Notes: generated from the letters alone by a model not told the origin. Positions 15,341 through 32,330 are shown, counted from the first letter of the stretch. The stretch is 64,000 nt of DNA from the human T2T-CHM13v2.0 reference genome, Homo sapiens (GCF_009914755.1 NC_060941.1); one strand, 5' to 3'. Numbers and translations are program-made.

Positions 15341-16167
15341 TGAATTTTTTTAAAAAAAATCTTTATAATTTTAGCTTTTATGTGATGTTTATTTTGAATT
15401 AATTTTAATAGCATGATATATAGGTCATTTTTTTTAAAAAATGCATTATCTCTTTGTTTCACCACGATTTGTTGAAAAGACTTTCCTTTTACCTATTAAT
15501 GACTTGGTCAGAAACAAATGGCCATGTAGTGTAGGTCTTTTTCTGGACTGTCTGTTCTATTCTGTTGATCTACTTGTTAGTACTTCTGTTGATACCATAT
15601 TCTCATCAACAAGAAAGAGCTGTAGAGTAAATTTTGAATTCAGGTGGTATAAATGCCCAAGCCTTTTTGTTGGTTTTCAACATTGCTTTGGTGTTTTCAT
15701 TTCCTTGCATTATCATGTGTGCTTTAGAATCAGCTTTGCAATTTCTAAAAAATAACAAAAAAAAAAAGCCTGCTGGAATTTGAGACTGTTATCTCTTTAG
15801 AACAATTTGGAGAGAAGTGACATTTTAACAGTAAGTATTCAACTTTTCAATCCATGAACATGGCTTATCTCCACTTACTTAGGTTGTCTTTAATGGTTTT
15901 TTTTTGTTACTGTTAAGCAACATTGTAGAGTTTTCAGTGTCTTTTGTTAAGGATATTTCTGTGTCTATGTTCATGAGGTATGTTGGTCTGCACTTCTCTT
16001 TTCTTATAATATCTGTAAGGTTTTGGGATTAATATCATGCAATACTTATAAAATGTGTGGGGAAGTATTTCCTTTTTCTTTTATTTTCTTAAATAATTTT
16101 TATAAAATTGGTGTTATTTGTGCCTTAAAAGTTTGATAGAATTCACTAGTGAAACCACCTGGCTGTA

Positions 16168-16172
<5 letters not shown>

Positions 16173-16218
<46 letters not shown>
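16173..16218. repeat. (TG)n microsatellite, about 23 units
   Basis: Pure TG run. Confidence 0.97.
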
Positions 16219-16220
<2 letters not shown>

Positions 16221-17215
16221 GAGTTTTGATCAATTTCTTTAATAGAGATAGGGCTATTTTATATTTTTTGCTCAACATTTTGTTAATTTTGACAAGTTAT
16301 ATTTTTCAAAGAATTTATACATTTTATATTAAATGTTAAATTTGGTATAAAGTTGTTCACAATATCTTATTTTTTAAATTAAGGATCTGAAATGATGTCC
16401 TCTATTTCATTTCTGATATTGGTGATTTCTTTTTTCTTTCCTCAATCAGCCTTGGTTTAGCAGATTTAATACTTTTCATAAATCTGATATGTGGCTTTGC
16501 TGATTTTATCTGTTTTGCATTTGTTTTCTATTTCATTCATTTTTTTCTTTTTACTCTTTTCCTTCCTTCTACTTTCTTTGAGTTTTTATTTGCTGCTTGC
16601 TTTTGAAATTTTTGAAATAGAAGCTTAGATACTGATTTTCATCCTTTACTTCTAATACATACATTTAAGGTGTAAATTCCTTTAAAATCATTGCTTTAGT
16701 TTTATCCTATGAGTTCCCATAAGTCATTTTTATTATCATTCATTACAAATATTTAAAAATACCTGTTGTGATTTATTTACTTTGTTCAACTTATGGGTAT
16801 TTAGAAGTATATCACTTAATTTTTAAGCAACAGGAGATTTTCTAGATTAAAAAAATATTTACTTCTAGCTTAATTGCTTTGTGGTTAGGGAATATACTCT
16901 GAAAGATTTCAAAATTTACTGATACTTTATGGCCTAACATATGGTCCATTTTGGTATGTGTTTTGTGTTATAGTTTGTTTTTATTTGGAAGAGAAATTTG
17001 CTTATATATATTCAAGTCTAGTTATTTAATTGTGTAGTTCAAACATATCATAGTTTTTTTTTTAAATCTACTTGATCTTGTAGCTATTGACAAAGGTGTG
17101 TTGGTCTCCCATGTAACTGTGGATTTGTCTGTCACCTTTTAGTTTTGTATACTTTTTGTTTTAAATGTTTTCAGGCTTTCTTATTGGGTCCATTGATTTA
17201 GAATTATGATATCTT

Positions 17216-17503
17216 GGCTAGATGAGATGGCTCACGCCTGTATTCTCAGCACTTTGGGAGGCCGAGGTGGGAGGATTGCTTGAGCCCAGGAGTTGGAGAC
17301 TGGCCTGGGAAACATAGTAAGACCCCATCTTTAAAAAAAAAAATGAGAAAAATTAGTGGTGTGTGGGAGCTCACACCTGTAGTTCTAGCTACTTGGGTGG
17401 CTGGGGTGGGAGGATCACTTGAGCCCAGGAATTTGAGGTTGCAGTGAGCTATAATCACACCACTGTTCTCCAGCCTGGGTGACAGCATGAGACCCTGTCT
17501 CAA
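17216..17503 (+). mobile_element. AluJ element
   Basis: Full dimer, ggaggattgcttgagcccagg J motif. Confidence 0.9.
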
Positions 17504-19375
17504 TATAGACAAAAGAGTTATGCTATCTTCTTGTTGATAGGACTTTTTAATTATTAAGAAATGCCTTTCTTTAGTAATGCATATTGCCTTAAGTCTACTT
17601 TGCCTGATATTGGCATAGTGATGCCACCTTTCTTTTTGTTGGTGTTTGAATGGTATATCTTTTCCTGTCATTTTGCATTCAGTTCATCTATGTTTATAGT
17701 CTTCTACTAGAGTGTTGAACATAGTAATGGATATAATTTGAGTTTAAATTATAAACCTTACTATTTGTCTTACATTTATCCACAGATCTATGCTGCTTTT
17801 TCTCTTATGTCTTACTTTCTTTGGTTTAGTCAAATGTTTTTACTTATTCTTTTTATCTCCTCAGTTTGCTTTTAATGAATATCCTAGAGATTACTACATG
17901 AGTTTTTGAGTTATTGAAGTCTAACATGAATTATTACTTCTCTTCTTGGGTAATACAGATATCTTAGAAACTTCAATTCCATTACCCTACTCCTTCCTTT
18001 TTTATTGTTGTCATGCATTTTAAATCTATATATTTTAAAGAACAGCCTATCATTGTTATTTTTATAGTCATTTATTAATACTTAAGAACATATTTACCCT
18101 TCCTATGGCTCTTCCTTTTTGCATGTATATGCTTTTTTCTAGTATCATTTTCCTTCTGGTGGAAGAACTCCCTTTTAGTAATAAATTATTTGTTTTTTCT
18201 TTTGATTTTCATTTTGCAAAGATATTTTTAAACTGAGAGTAAATTGCTTGATTGGCGCCAGTTTTTTTTTTTTTTTTCAGAATTTTTAAGTCATTATTTT
18301 TTGCTATTCATCATTACTGTTGAAAGTATCTTTCAGTCTGTTGATTCTTGCTACTTTAAATGTGTTTTTTGGGGGTCTGGCTGTTTAAAAGATTGTCTTT
18401 AGTTTTTAGCAGTTTGGCTATGATTTGCTCAGTGTTTTTCTTTGTGGTTATTCTGCTTGAGTTTGACAAGCTTCTTTCAGATATGGCTTCATGTCTTTAA
18501 TTAATGTTAGACAATTCTTGGTTGCTCACACTTCATATATTGCTTCTTCCCAATTTTCACGCTCTTATGAAATTTCAGTTATACATATGTTAGAACTTTT
18601 CAGTGGTTCCATATGCATCTAGTACTCTTTTCTATAATTTTTTGTCTTTATCTCTCTATGCTTTGGTTTGGATATTTTCTGTTGACCTGTGTCCCACTTC
18701 ATGTTTGCTCTATTTAATCTGCTGGACACACCAAGTACTTACAACACTTTTGGGAAATTTTGCTGTTGAGAAGAGTGAGGATATAAGAGCAGTCATTGAA
18801 TTGTGGTGGAGTAAAGAGTGGGACTTTCTTTTTGAACAAGATAGACTAAAATATGTTCATGTTATGATTGGAATGATTCAGGAGAGAGAAAAAGTATTAA
18901 AGCTGTTTGAGAGAAAAGGAAGATGATTTTTTAAAATAAAATTCTTGAGAAGGTGAGAGAGGATGTAATCCAAAGCAGTCAGAGAGTTTTCCTTTGGTAG
19001 GAGTGGGACATGGAATAAGCACGGATTCATGCATAGCTGTAGTCTTGTGAGATGGAATTCTGGCTTGACCAGTGGAAATTCTGTAGGTGCTGTAAGTTTC
19101 TAGAATGTGTGTGTGGTGGTGGGGGGTGGGGGGGCGGTGTGTGTTTGTGCGTCAGGTAGGAAAATTGTCCAAGAATGGAGAGTCAAGTGAAAGGTAGACA
19201 GTATTTATAGCTACCTAATTATGTTTTCTATTGCTCTGCATCCTCAGTGATATCTACCTTTATTTCTTAGGGTGGTCAAAAGTATTGTATTCTTTTAAGG
19301 AATTATTTAAATGTTTAATAGTCTTTTTTATCATATAGTTACAGTTTTGTACTATATATTTAAACATAGTTAATT

Positions 19376-19460
19376 ATCTTTTTCTGGTTTAGCACTTTTA
19401 TTACTTTTTAATTTTCATTTTTAATTATGGGTAAATAATAGTTGTATATATTTATGGGGG
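19376..19460 (-). mobile_element. Extremely truncated L1MA 3' end
   Basis: ataatagttgtatatatttatgggg L1MA terminus; 15-bp TSD taaacatagttaatt at 19361-75 and 19461-75. Confidence 0.7.
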
Positions 19461-19525
19461 TAAACATAGTTAATTCTTTATAATTAATTTTAAATTCTTA
19501 GTATTTTGAATAGACAAGTTTTCTT

Positions 19526-19765
19526 TTTTCTTTTTAAATTTTTATTTGTTTTTACTTTTTGTGGGTACATAGTAGGTGTATATATTTATGGGGTACATGA
19601 GATGTTTTGATACAGGCATGCAATGTTAAATAAGCACATTATGAAGAATGGGGTACCTGTCCTCTCAATCATTTATTTATTGAGTGGCAAACAGTCCAGT
19701 TGTACCCTTTAAGTTATTAAAACATGTATAGTTATTGACTATAGTCACCCTCTTATGCTATGAAA
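19526..19765 (-). mobile_element. L1MA 3' end fragment
   Basis: gtgggtacatagtaggtgtatatatttatggggtacatgagatgttttgatacaggcatgcaatg; flanking aagttttctt repeat. Confidence 0.85.
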
Positions 19766-19808
19766 ATAAAGTTTTCTTAAACACATTTTCCTATATTTTC
19801 TTTTACAG

Positions 19809-19898
19809 TTTTGCAGTAGAAGAGTATAACCATGTTTCGGAATAGTCTCAAGATGCTGCTTACTGGTGGGAAATCAAGTCGTAAAAACAGGTCAAGTG
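19809..19898 (+). other. TANC2: TANC2 first coding exon (90 nt: 23 nt 5'UTR plus 67 nt CDS)
   Basis: Polypyrimidine tract and acceptor ttttcttttacag|, donor GTG|gtaagt, ATG in accATG context. Confidence 0.9.
19832..19898 (+). CDS. TANC2: TANC2 N-terminus (tetratricopeptide repeat, ankyrin repeat and coiled-coil containing 2, synaptic scaffold): 22 codons plus 1 nt, continuing in exons beyond the window
   Basis: Translates to MFRNSLKMLLTGGKSSRKNRSS, which I recognise as the TANC2 N-terminus; phase-1 GT donor at 19899. Confidence 0.93.
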
Positions 19899-20644
19899 GT
19901 AAGTGACTATGCTACATTTATTGTGCGTGATATTTTACAAATACAAGTTCTTTTAGGGTCCTGAATTAATGCTGTAACACTTTATTAATGCTTAACTTAG
20001 AACTTAAAAGAAAGTTTACATTTCTTTGGGCTTTCATACGCTTTATTAAGAGGTAGGAACACTTGAATGCGTATCAGGAATAGTCGAAAGAAAGGAAAAC
20101 CTTGTGAAGAAAAATATTTATTTCTAATATATTAGAGAGTAATGTTTCTGTGCATTTGCTTATTAAAAACCTTCTAGACCTAAGTTTATGTTTTTGAATT
20201 AACAAATGAAATTATTGCAATCCTAGGCACTCTTTGGGGAAGGAAATTATAAAAATAACTGTCCTCAAAGATTTATACAGAAAGTGAAATATAAGTTGAA
20301 TTTTTTATAGCCATTAAAATAAAGTTTATGGGTTTTCTTTTTTAGAACAAGGGGTTAAGTCTTAGGCTTTTGAGGTAAAACTATATATACTTCCTTGGTA
20401 AAAAATATTGAAAAGAAATGTATTAGAATGTTTGTTTTTTATTAATGAGTGGTAGACTTTTGTATTCTTCATAATCTTCTCAACTTATTTTTCTGCAGTT
20501 TATAAATTTATATTGGTACTGTATTTATTGTCATTGATTTCAAAATGTTTCTGTAATTCCAATTGTGATTTCTTCTTGACCCATAAGTATTTGGAAGTGT
20601 ATTTACCAGTTTCCAAACTGTTGCTGATTTTTTGTTTATCTTAT

Positions 20645-21530
20645 TGTAAGAACAAACTCCCCTACATTAACAAAAGGAAAACTGTTTTTTCCTCCACTGC
20701 TCACACCAACATTTCTGGCCACCAAATATGTGGGTTTTTTTTTTTTTTCCTACAGTGATTCAATTCAGTTCTCTGGTAGACACCAACTGTATGTCCTACA
20801 ATTCAATTCAATTCTGACGCTGTCTACCCTGAGTTAGCACAGACCCTATGGGTTATGGTCTCAGTCCTACAAGACTGCTTTCCACTTCAGACACCAATTG
20901 CGTGTGGTGGATCCCCAGGTTACCCACAACCTCTGTCCGACTTGGCTACAAATCGGAGGTTCCCATGACCCCTTTCTCAGGTTCTATCATTTGTTAGAAT
21001 GGTGCACACAACTCATGAAAACAGTTTCTTTACAAGATTATTGGCCTATTAAAGAATACAGTTCAGGAACAGTGAGATGGAAGATGTGGGTAGGGCAAGG
21101 TATAGGGGAAAGGGCCCTGGGCTTCCATGCCCTTTTTGGGTATGCCGCCTTCTCAACATCTTCCATGTGCTCATCAACCCAGAATCCCATCGAACCCCAT
21201 CCTTTTGGGTTTTTATGGAGGCTCCATTATGCACATATGATTAATTCATTGGTCATTGGTGATGAACTCAACCTTCAGCCCATCTCTCCTCTCTAGAAAT
21301 CAGACGGTAAGGCTGACTCTCATGGTAGGCCTCCCTGGCAGCCAGCCCCTGTCCTGAGGCTATTCAGGAGCCCCCAGGTACCTATCATTCGTCTCGTTAG
21401 CATATAGAAAACCACTTTTATCACTCTGAAGACTCAGAAGTTTTAGAGCTGTGTGCCAGGAAATGAGCAGAGACAAATATGTTTTTTTTTGTTGTTTTGT
21501 GTGTGTGTGTGTGTGTTTTTTACTACGTCA
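20645..21530 (-). mobile_element. MER21-family LTR
   Basis: acaccaactg..tgtcctacaattcaattcaattctgac, gagttagcacagaccc, cattggtgatgaactcaaccttcagccc, ttttagagctgtgtgccaggaa. Confidence 0.85.
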
Positions 21531-22289
21531 TGCTTCTTCTTATTGAATTCTAGCTTAATTATACTATTATCAGAAAATCTATTCTGTATTATTTTATTCT
21601 TTTGATATTTATTGAGATTTGCTTTACAGTTAATCATATGGTCAGTTTTGGTGAATGTTCTGAATGTACCTGAAAATAATGTGAATGTCACAGTTACTGG
21701 ATTCAGTGTGGATCAGTTTTGTTAATGATGGCACTCAAACATTTCATATCCTTACTTAAAAAATTATTTACTGAGAAAAGTGTGATAAAATACCACATTA
21801 TGATTGTGAATTTTTTTTATTTCTCCTGCTAGTTCCTGAGGATTTTTGCTTTGTATGTTTGGAAGCTGTCTTATTAGGAACATTCGAGTTTAGGATTGTT
21901 ACATGTTCCTGGTGAATTGACCTTTTTAAAACCACTATGAAATGCCTCTCTTTATTTCTAATAATGTCTTTTGTTTAAAAGTTCATTTTTTTCTCATATT
22001 AATATAAGGACTCCAGGTTTTTTTTAATTAGTATTTGCAAAATATGACTTCTTTCATACTTTTGCTTTCAACATTTCTGTGTGCTTATGCTGTTAATAGC
22101 ATATAGTTGAGTTTTCTTTTCTTTTATTCAGACATTTTTTTTTCTCTTAAGAAAGTCTTTGGTCTGCATGAATTTGGTCAGTCATATATTTGGGTATCTG
22201 TGTGCTGTCTACTTGGCCTATCCATTCTATGCTTCTTTCTCTCCTATCTTTCTTTTTCCTCTCTTCCTTTCTTTTGTGTTGATCAAAAC

Positions 22290-22590
<301 letters not shown>

Positions 22591-22924
22591 ACTCAAAACA
22601 TTTTTTATGATTCCATATTTTCCTCTATTAATTTTGAAATTACATACCCTTTTGAAATTTTTTCTGTGGTTACCTAAAGATTAAAACAATACTTAGTTTA
22701 TTGAAGTTTGATATTTAATTGATATGTTTACCCTCTTCTTGGACAATGCAAGAGCTTTAGATTCTCTTCACCTATCTTTAACCTCCACAAGACATTACTG
22801 TTCTATGTAGTCACTGTTACTTAGATATGCCCCATATATTTGACCTTTTCATTGATTTTCATTCCTTCCTGCACCCCTCACTTTCTAGATAGAAGTAACT
22901 TTATCTGAATAACACCCTTTGTTT

Positions 22925-23227
22925 TGTTTTATTTTATTTTTAGAGACAGGGTTTTGCTCTGTCACCCAGGCTACAATGCAGTGGCACTATAATAGCTCAC
23001 TATAACCTCAAACTTCTAGGCCCAAACTTCCCTTCCACCTCAGATTCTGGAGTAGCTAGGACTACAGGTGCATACCACCGCACCTGGCTAATTAAAAAAA
23101 TGTTTTTGTAGAGATGAGATCTCGTTATGTTTCCCAAGGCTGGTCTTGAACTCCTAGCCTCAAGTGATCTTCCTGCCTTGACCACCCAAAGCATTGGGAT
23201 TTCAGGTGTGAGCCACCATACCTGGCC
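22925..23227 (-). mobile_element. AluJ element
   Basis: T-rich tail plus diverged dimer. Confidence 0.9.
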
Positions 23228-23329
23228 AAGAAGACTCTTTTAGAATTTACTTTAGTGAGGAGTCATCTATGACAAACTTTACTTTTGTTTATCTGAAAAT
23301 GTCTTTATTTTGCCTTCATTTTTGTAGAT

Positions 23330-23509
23330 TTTTTTCTTTTTTTTTTTTTAAGAGATGGGGTCTCTCTTTGTTTTCCGGGTTGAAGTGCGGTAGTTATTTA
23401 TAGGTGTAGTCCTAATGCACTGCAGCCTTTAGACTCCCGGACTCAGGTGATCCTCCTGCCTTAGCCACCCGAGGAGCTGGGCCTACAAGTGGATGCTACT
23501 CTTCCTGGT
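23330..23509 (-). mobile_element. FAM (fossil Alu monomer, 7SL-derived)
   Basis: Monomer keeping the extra 7SL-like segment (gtgcggtagttatttataggtgtagtc, compare gcagtggctattcacaggcgcgatc). Confidence 0.7.
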
Positions 23510-23745
23510 TACTTCTAGGATACTTTTATGCGAGTATAATTCTAGGGTGCAGTTATTTTCTTTCAGTATTTTACAACGTTATTTATTGTCTTCTGGCTTC
23601 TTCCGTTTTTTTCTGGTGATCAGCTGTTAGTCTAATTGCTACTCCTTTAAAGGCAACCTGCCATTTTTCTCTTTTAAGGTTTCTAGATTTGTACTGGTAT
23701 GCCTAAGAGTATTTTTTTAATCTTTATCATTGAAAAAAATCTTTA

Positions 23746-24061
<316 letters not shown>

Positions 24062-25589
24062 TCTTTATCATCTATTCATGCTTTTATTCATTTTGTAGGA
24101 TTTCTTGACTCTGCGGCATGATGTCTTTTGTCAGTTTTGGAAAACTATTACCCATTATGTCTTCAGATTTTAATTTTTCTCTCATTTTTTTTTCTGGAAC
24201 TCCAGTTATACAATTGATAGACCATACGCATATCATCTCTGACTCTTAACATTTTCTCTTAATCCTTTTGTCTCTATATGCTTTATGCTGGATATTTTCT
24301 TTTGACTTACCTTACATACTTTTCATACTTTTCTTTCTGTTCCTCAGATTGTGTAATCTCAATTGACCTATCTTTAAATTCACTGATTTTTTTCTTTTGT
24401 CTGCTCAAATCTGCTATCATGTCTACTGAATTTTTTTTCAATTATTGAATTTTTCAATTCCAAAATTTCTATTTGATTCGTTAAAAATTTTAAATCTTTA
24501 TTGGTATTCTTTATTTGGTGAGACATTGTTCTCATATTTACATTAAGTTCTACTGACATAGTATCCTTTAGTTTTTTGAACATATTTAAAATAGGCAATT
24601 TAAAGTTGCTTAGTATCTCCAACATCAGGGCTTCCCTCAGAGACAATGTCCACTGTTTGCATTTTGCCCCTTGTATATAGGTCATACTTTCTTGTATCTT
24701 TGTATGTCTTGTAATTTTTTGTTGAAGCCTGGACATTTTAGATTATATAATGTGTTATCTCTGGAAATCAGATTCTTCTCCTCGCCAGGGATTTATTGAT
24801 GTTGTTTTGATTATTTGTTTAGTCACTTCTCTGAACTAATTTTTCCGAGTCTGTGTTATTGTGCATGGCCACTAATGTCTTTGCTTGGTTTGTTTAGTGG
24901 TCAATTCATACTAGACAGACGTTTTAGCAAAAGCACAAATTATTACATACTAGACTTTTGAATAACTACTGTGTTAGTAGAAATTATATTATTAAATCCA
25001 TACATGTTAAGGTTCTACTGTAGTATTATAGCTAATTCCTTTGATTTTCTGGGTATTTAGTTATATCAGTAATGATTTTTAGGAGTCTGATTCTAATATT
25101 TATTCCCTGGTTTTTCACACAAATTGTTTACAATTTAGAATTATTATAAAAATAGTGCTTTGTATTGTGTATGCAGAGAATTCTATTTGTAGAGAATCAG
25201 AATTTTTTTCATACTAAGAGATTATTCCGAGGCAACAATAAATGTTATATTAAGAGAAAATGTATTTATGGAAAGATATCATTAGTGTTTTTATTATTAC
25301 AGTTTTTTTCCTTAACCCTTAATGAATAATTGGGTAGATACTTTATTCTTTATATTAATTGATGGCTCATGGCTTATTTTTGGGGTTAATAAGGGAAGTT
25401 TTCTCATAGGTATATAATTTTAGGGTTTTCTTTTAAATCAACGTAGTCTTTAGTTTAAAAAGCATTTGTAATGAAGGGAATTATCTGTCTTAATTTGTCT
25501 TTTAAATAGCTGATCTGAATTTTTCTGTGGGCCACTAGATAAATATTTCACAGAAATAGTTTTTATATCAAATTTATTAAAATAAGATA

Positions 25590-25872
25590 TTTATTTATTT
25601 ATTTTTTATTCTTTAAGTTCTAGGGTACATGTGCACAACGTGCAGGTTTGTTACATATGTATGCACGCGCCATGTTGCTGTGCTGCACCTATTAACTCGT
25701 CATTTACATTAGGTATATCTCCTAATGCTATCCCTCCCCCCGCTTCCCACCCCATGACAGGCCCCAGTGTGTGATGTTCCCCTTCCTGTGTCCATGTGTT
25801 CTCATTGTTCAATTCCCACCTATGAGTGAGAACATGTGGTGTTTGGTTTTTTTGTCCTTGCGATAGTTTGCT
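25590..25872 (-). mobile_element. L1PA 3' end (young primate L1, 5'-truncated)
   Basis: ctttaagttctagggtacatgtgcacaacgtgcaggtttgttacat...; TSD aaataagata. Confidence 0.93.
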
Positions 25873-26567
25873 TGAAATAAGATAAATTTTATCTGGCAGA
25901 GTTTTCCCCCTAACGACATGAGAATATTAGCTTTGAATTTTATAACAGTTAATTAAGATTTATGATGTGAAAATTATTTTTTTCTGATGCTTGTAGCAAG
26001 TACTGTGAAATTTTCTTAAAAAAAACCGCTGTGTGGTTCTTTTAAATTAAATGAGCTATAAAGAAAATATGTTTATATTTTCTAAAAGTTCATATATATT
26101 AAATGTTTATATATATTTTCTTATTTTTCCTAACTTTATCACCTTAAATTATTTAATTAAAAAACTTCAAATACGCTTCTTTGAGTCAAGTAATGCCGTT
26201 GTTTGATATCATTGTGTCATTGTTTTGGTAAATCATTATTCAAGTATGCTGGTGGGGGTGGGGAGATACTGGCAATTTCAGATATTCGGGAATTCAGAAA
26301 GATTAGTATCATAAGCATAACATAGCCTTTGGAGAATGTGTGGAAGGCAGGAGATAGAGAAACAAAAGTGAGCAAAGTACGTAAAACTTAAACACAGATA
26401 ATTGCTGTAATGTACTACAAGAAGTAGAATTTATTCCAAGAATACAAAGATTTTTGTACATCAGAAAATTAACAGAACTTTTCCAATTAGAAAAAAATTT
26501 TAAACCACATTATTATATGTTGAAAAAGTATTTTATAAAATGGTATAGCAATTAAAAACATCATTAA

Positions 26568-26692
26568 GGCTGGGTGTGGTGGCTCATGCCTGTAATCCCG
26601 GCATTTTGGGAGGCCAAGGTAGGAGGATCATGAGATCAGCACTTCGAGACCAGCCTGGCCAATATGGTGAAACCCTGTCTCTACAAAAAAAA
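26568..26692 (+). mobile_element. Alu left arm
   Basis: ggctgggtgtggtggctcatgcc...ctctacaaaaaaaa, abutting an antisense L1. Confidence 0.88.
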
Positions 26693-27491
26693 TTTTTTTA
26701 TGGCTGAATAATATTCTGTTGTGCCACATTTTGTTGGTCTGTTCTTCCTTTGATGGGCATTTGGGTTGTTTGCATTTTTAATCTGTGAATAATGCTGTAG
26801 TGAACATTGGAATATGAGTATCTTTGAGTTTTTTCATTTCTTTTGGGTATATAGGAGTGGGATTTCTGGGTCATATGGTAATTTTATGTTTAACTTTTTG
26901 ATGAATTAACTGTTTTCCACAGTGGCTGCACACTTAATATTCTTTCTGTCATGGCATAAGGGTTCCAATTTCTCCACATCCTTGCCAACAGTTGTGATTT
27001 TCTTCCTTTTTTTAAAATTATAGTAGGTGTGAAGTGGTATCTCATTGTGGTTTTGACTTGACTTTTCCCTAATGATTAGTGATATTGAGGATCTTTTCAT
27101 TAATGATCGTTTTATGTCTTTGGAGAAATGCCTGTTCTAGTCCCTTACCTATTTTTGAATTGGATTGCTTGTGTTTTTGTCATTCACTTGGAGGAGTTAT
27201 TTATATGTTCTGGATATTAATCTCTTATCAGATATGTGATTTGCAAATGTTTTCTCCCATAATAGGGGTTGTCTTTTCACTCCATGGTCATGAGGATTTA
27301 CTCATATGTTTTCTTCTAAGAGTTATGGTTTTAACTCTTACATTTAGGTTGTTGATCCATTTGGAGTAAGTATTTGCATGTGGTATGAAGGAAGGGTCCA
27401 AATTCATTCTTTTGCATGTGGAAATCTAATTTCCCTAGCACTGTTTTTTGAAGAGACTATTCTTTCTCTACTGAATGGACTTGACACCCTT
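26693..27491 (-). mobile_element. L1M ORF2 3' fragment
   Basis: ORF 26906..27100 resembles the L1 ORF2 C-terminus (SLIIRE...GKDVEKLEPL). Confidence 0.85.
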
Positions 27492-28050
27492 GCGTTACTT
27501 ATAGATTTTTAGATTTCATTCATGTTCCTGGTTCATAACAGAAAGGATGACTAATCCCTTATCAGTAAATGATAAAGATAAATGATGAAGATAGTAGATA
27601 TTTTCTAAATTAAATTTTTTATTTTTTACTAAAATGATACAAATGTATGGGCTGCTATAAATTTACAGTTAACTGATTTTTTTAAAGAACTATTTCTTTA
27701 GTTTCATTTTTAAGTTTTTGTTCACTGTTCTGTTGTATAGGATTTTAGTTTTTATACAGTGTTTTATTAATCAGCTTTAAATTGATGCACATGGAATACA
27801 GGGTCGTGTCCTGAGTGTCTTCTATTCGAAATGGTTCCCCTTAAGCCCAAACAAATTCTGAAACATTTCTTTATCTCCAGGTTTCCATGGAAATCATGTT
27901 ACTTTTATACTCTCCAGTCACTCCTCAGTGGATTCAAGGTTTTCTGTTCAGACTAGACATGGAACGAGTGTGATACAATTTTTTTGTTAACAAAACATCT
28001 ATTTCTAGTGTAAGAAAAACAGTTATGGGTACTAAACCTCAAATTGGTTA

Positions 28051-28410
<360 letters not shown>

Positions 28411-28434
28411 AGAGCAGTTATTTTCTAAATTAAA

Positions 28435-30800
<2,366 letters not shown>

Positions 30801-30979
30801 TTTTATTGATGGTGTGTTTAATTTCTGTCAACAAATATTTATTCATTAATCATTAAGTACTAAGTATAGTATGCTGGTTGCTTGATATTTGAGTCTGGGT
30901 TAAATTCTGTGTACCCCATGTACACAAAAGTCAGTTCATCTGTAAATACAAGGTGTTGTTAGAATCATGCGTGACTGTT

Positions 30980-31390
30980 TGTATTAGTCCATTTTGTATT
31001 GCTATAAAGGAATACTTGAGACTGAGTAATATAAAGAAAAGATGTTTGTTTATTTGGCTCACAGTTCTGCAGGCTGTGCAAGAAGCATAGCACTGGCATC
31101 TGCTTGGCTTCTGATGAGGCCTCAGGAAGCTTTTACTCTTAGGGGAAGGTGAAGCAGGATCAAGTGTGTCACATGGCAAGAGTGGAAATGAGAGAGGGGT
31201 GTAGGAGCTCTTTAAAACAACCAGCTCTTACATGAACGAATTAAGTAGAACTCCCTCATTACCATGGGGAGGGCACCAACCCTTCATGAGCTACCCTCAT
31301 GACCCAGATACCTCTTGAGGCCCCATCTCCAACATTGGGGGTCACATTTCAACATGAGATTTGGAGGGGACAAATATCCAAACCATGTCA
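30980..31390 (-). mobile_element. MST (MaLR) solo LTR
   Basis: tgtattagtccattttgtattgctataaaggaatac...tttcaacatgagatttggagggg...atccaaaccatgtca. Confidence 0.9.
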
Positions 31391-32330
31391 CTGGAATTTT
31401 TTTATCCATTGCATATTGAATTTAGTTAAAATTTTTATTGCGCTCTGAATAATGAATGCTCATAATAAACGATGTATGTGCAATAGTATGTAATGCAAGT
31501 ATTTTTATACTAGAAAAATATATTTTTTCTTCCAGGGTTCTGTGGTTTGAATATGATGTGTTCCCACCAGAAGTCATGTTGAGGCATGGTCCCCGATGTG
31601 GTAGTGTTGGGAGGTAGTACCTTTAAGAGATGAGTTAGGTCTTTAAGGTGGATTAATGTCTTTCTTGTGAGACTGCATTAGCTTTTGTGAGAGCTGGTTG
31701 TTATAAAGCAGGTCAGCCTCCTTTTTCCCCTGTCTCTTTCAAATGTGCCTGCTTGACCTTCTGGTCTCTGCCATGAGTTGAAGCATCACGAGGCCCTCAA
31801 CAGATGGGCCACCTGATCTTGGACTTCCCAGCCTTCACAGCTGTGAGCCAAAATAAACCTTTCTTCTTTATAAATTATCCAGTCTCAAGTATTCTGTTAT
31901 AGCAACAGAAAATGGACTAAGACAAAATTGGTACTGAGAGAGTGGAGTTGTTGCTATAACAATACTTGAAAATGTAGAAGCAGCTTGAAAGTGAATAATA
32001 GATTGTAGAGGGAAGAATTTGCAGGAGCAGGCTAGAAAAAGCCTGTATTGCCATGAACAGAGCGTTAAGGGTAATTCTGGTGAAGACACCAAGAAATCCC
32101 TAGGACTAGGGGAATCTGGAACTTCTTTGAGATTACATAAGTGGTCATGAGCAGAATATTGATAGAAATGTGGACAGTAAAGACCATTCTGATGAGATTT
32201 CAGAGGTAAATGAGGAATATCTTGTTGGGTACTGGAATAAAGGCTATTCTTGTTAGTAGCAAAGAGCTTGGCTGCAATGTGTCCATGCCCTAGGTCTTTA
32301 TGGAAGGTGGAATTTAAGAATGACAAACTA

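Noticed and set aside
23330-23509. Possible 7SL RNA gene
   Set aside because: Short, diverged and poly(A)-tailed fossil Alu monomer without the S domain.
24380-24736. Coiled-coil-like 118-aa ORF
   Set aside because: Remnant of L1 ORF1p within a degraded element.
27860-27945. Two good pyrimidine tract and AG acceptors
   Set aside because: No credible donor nearby (best is aag|gttttc).
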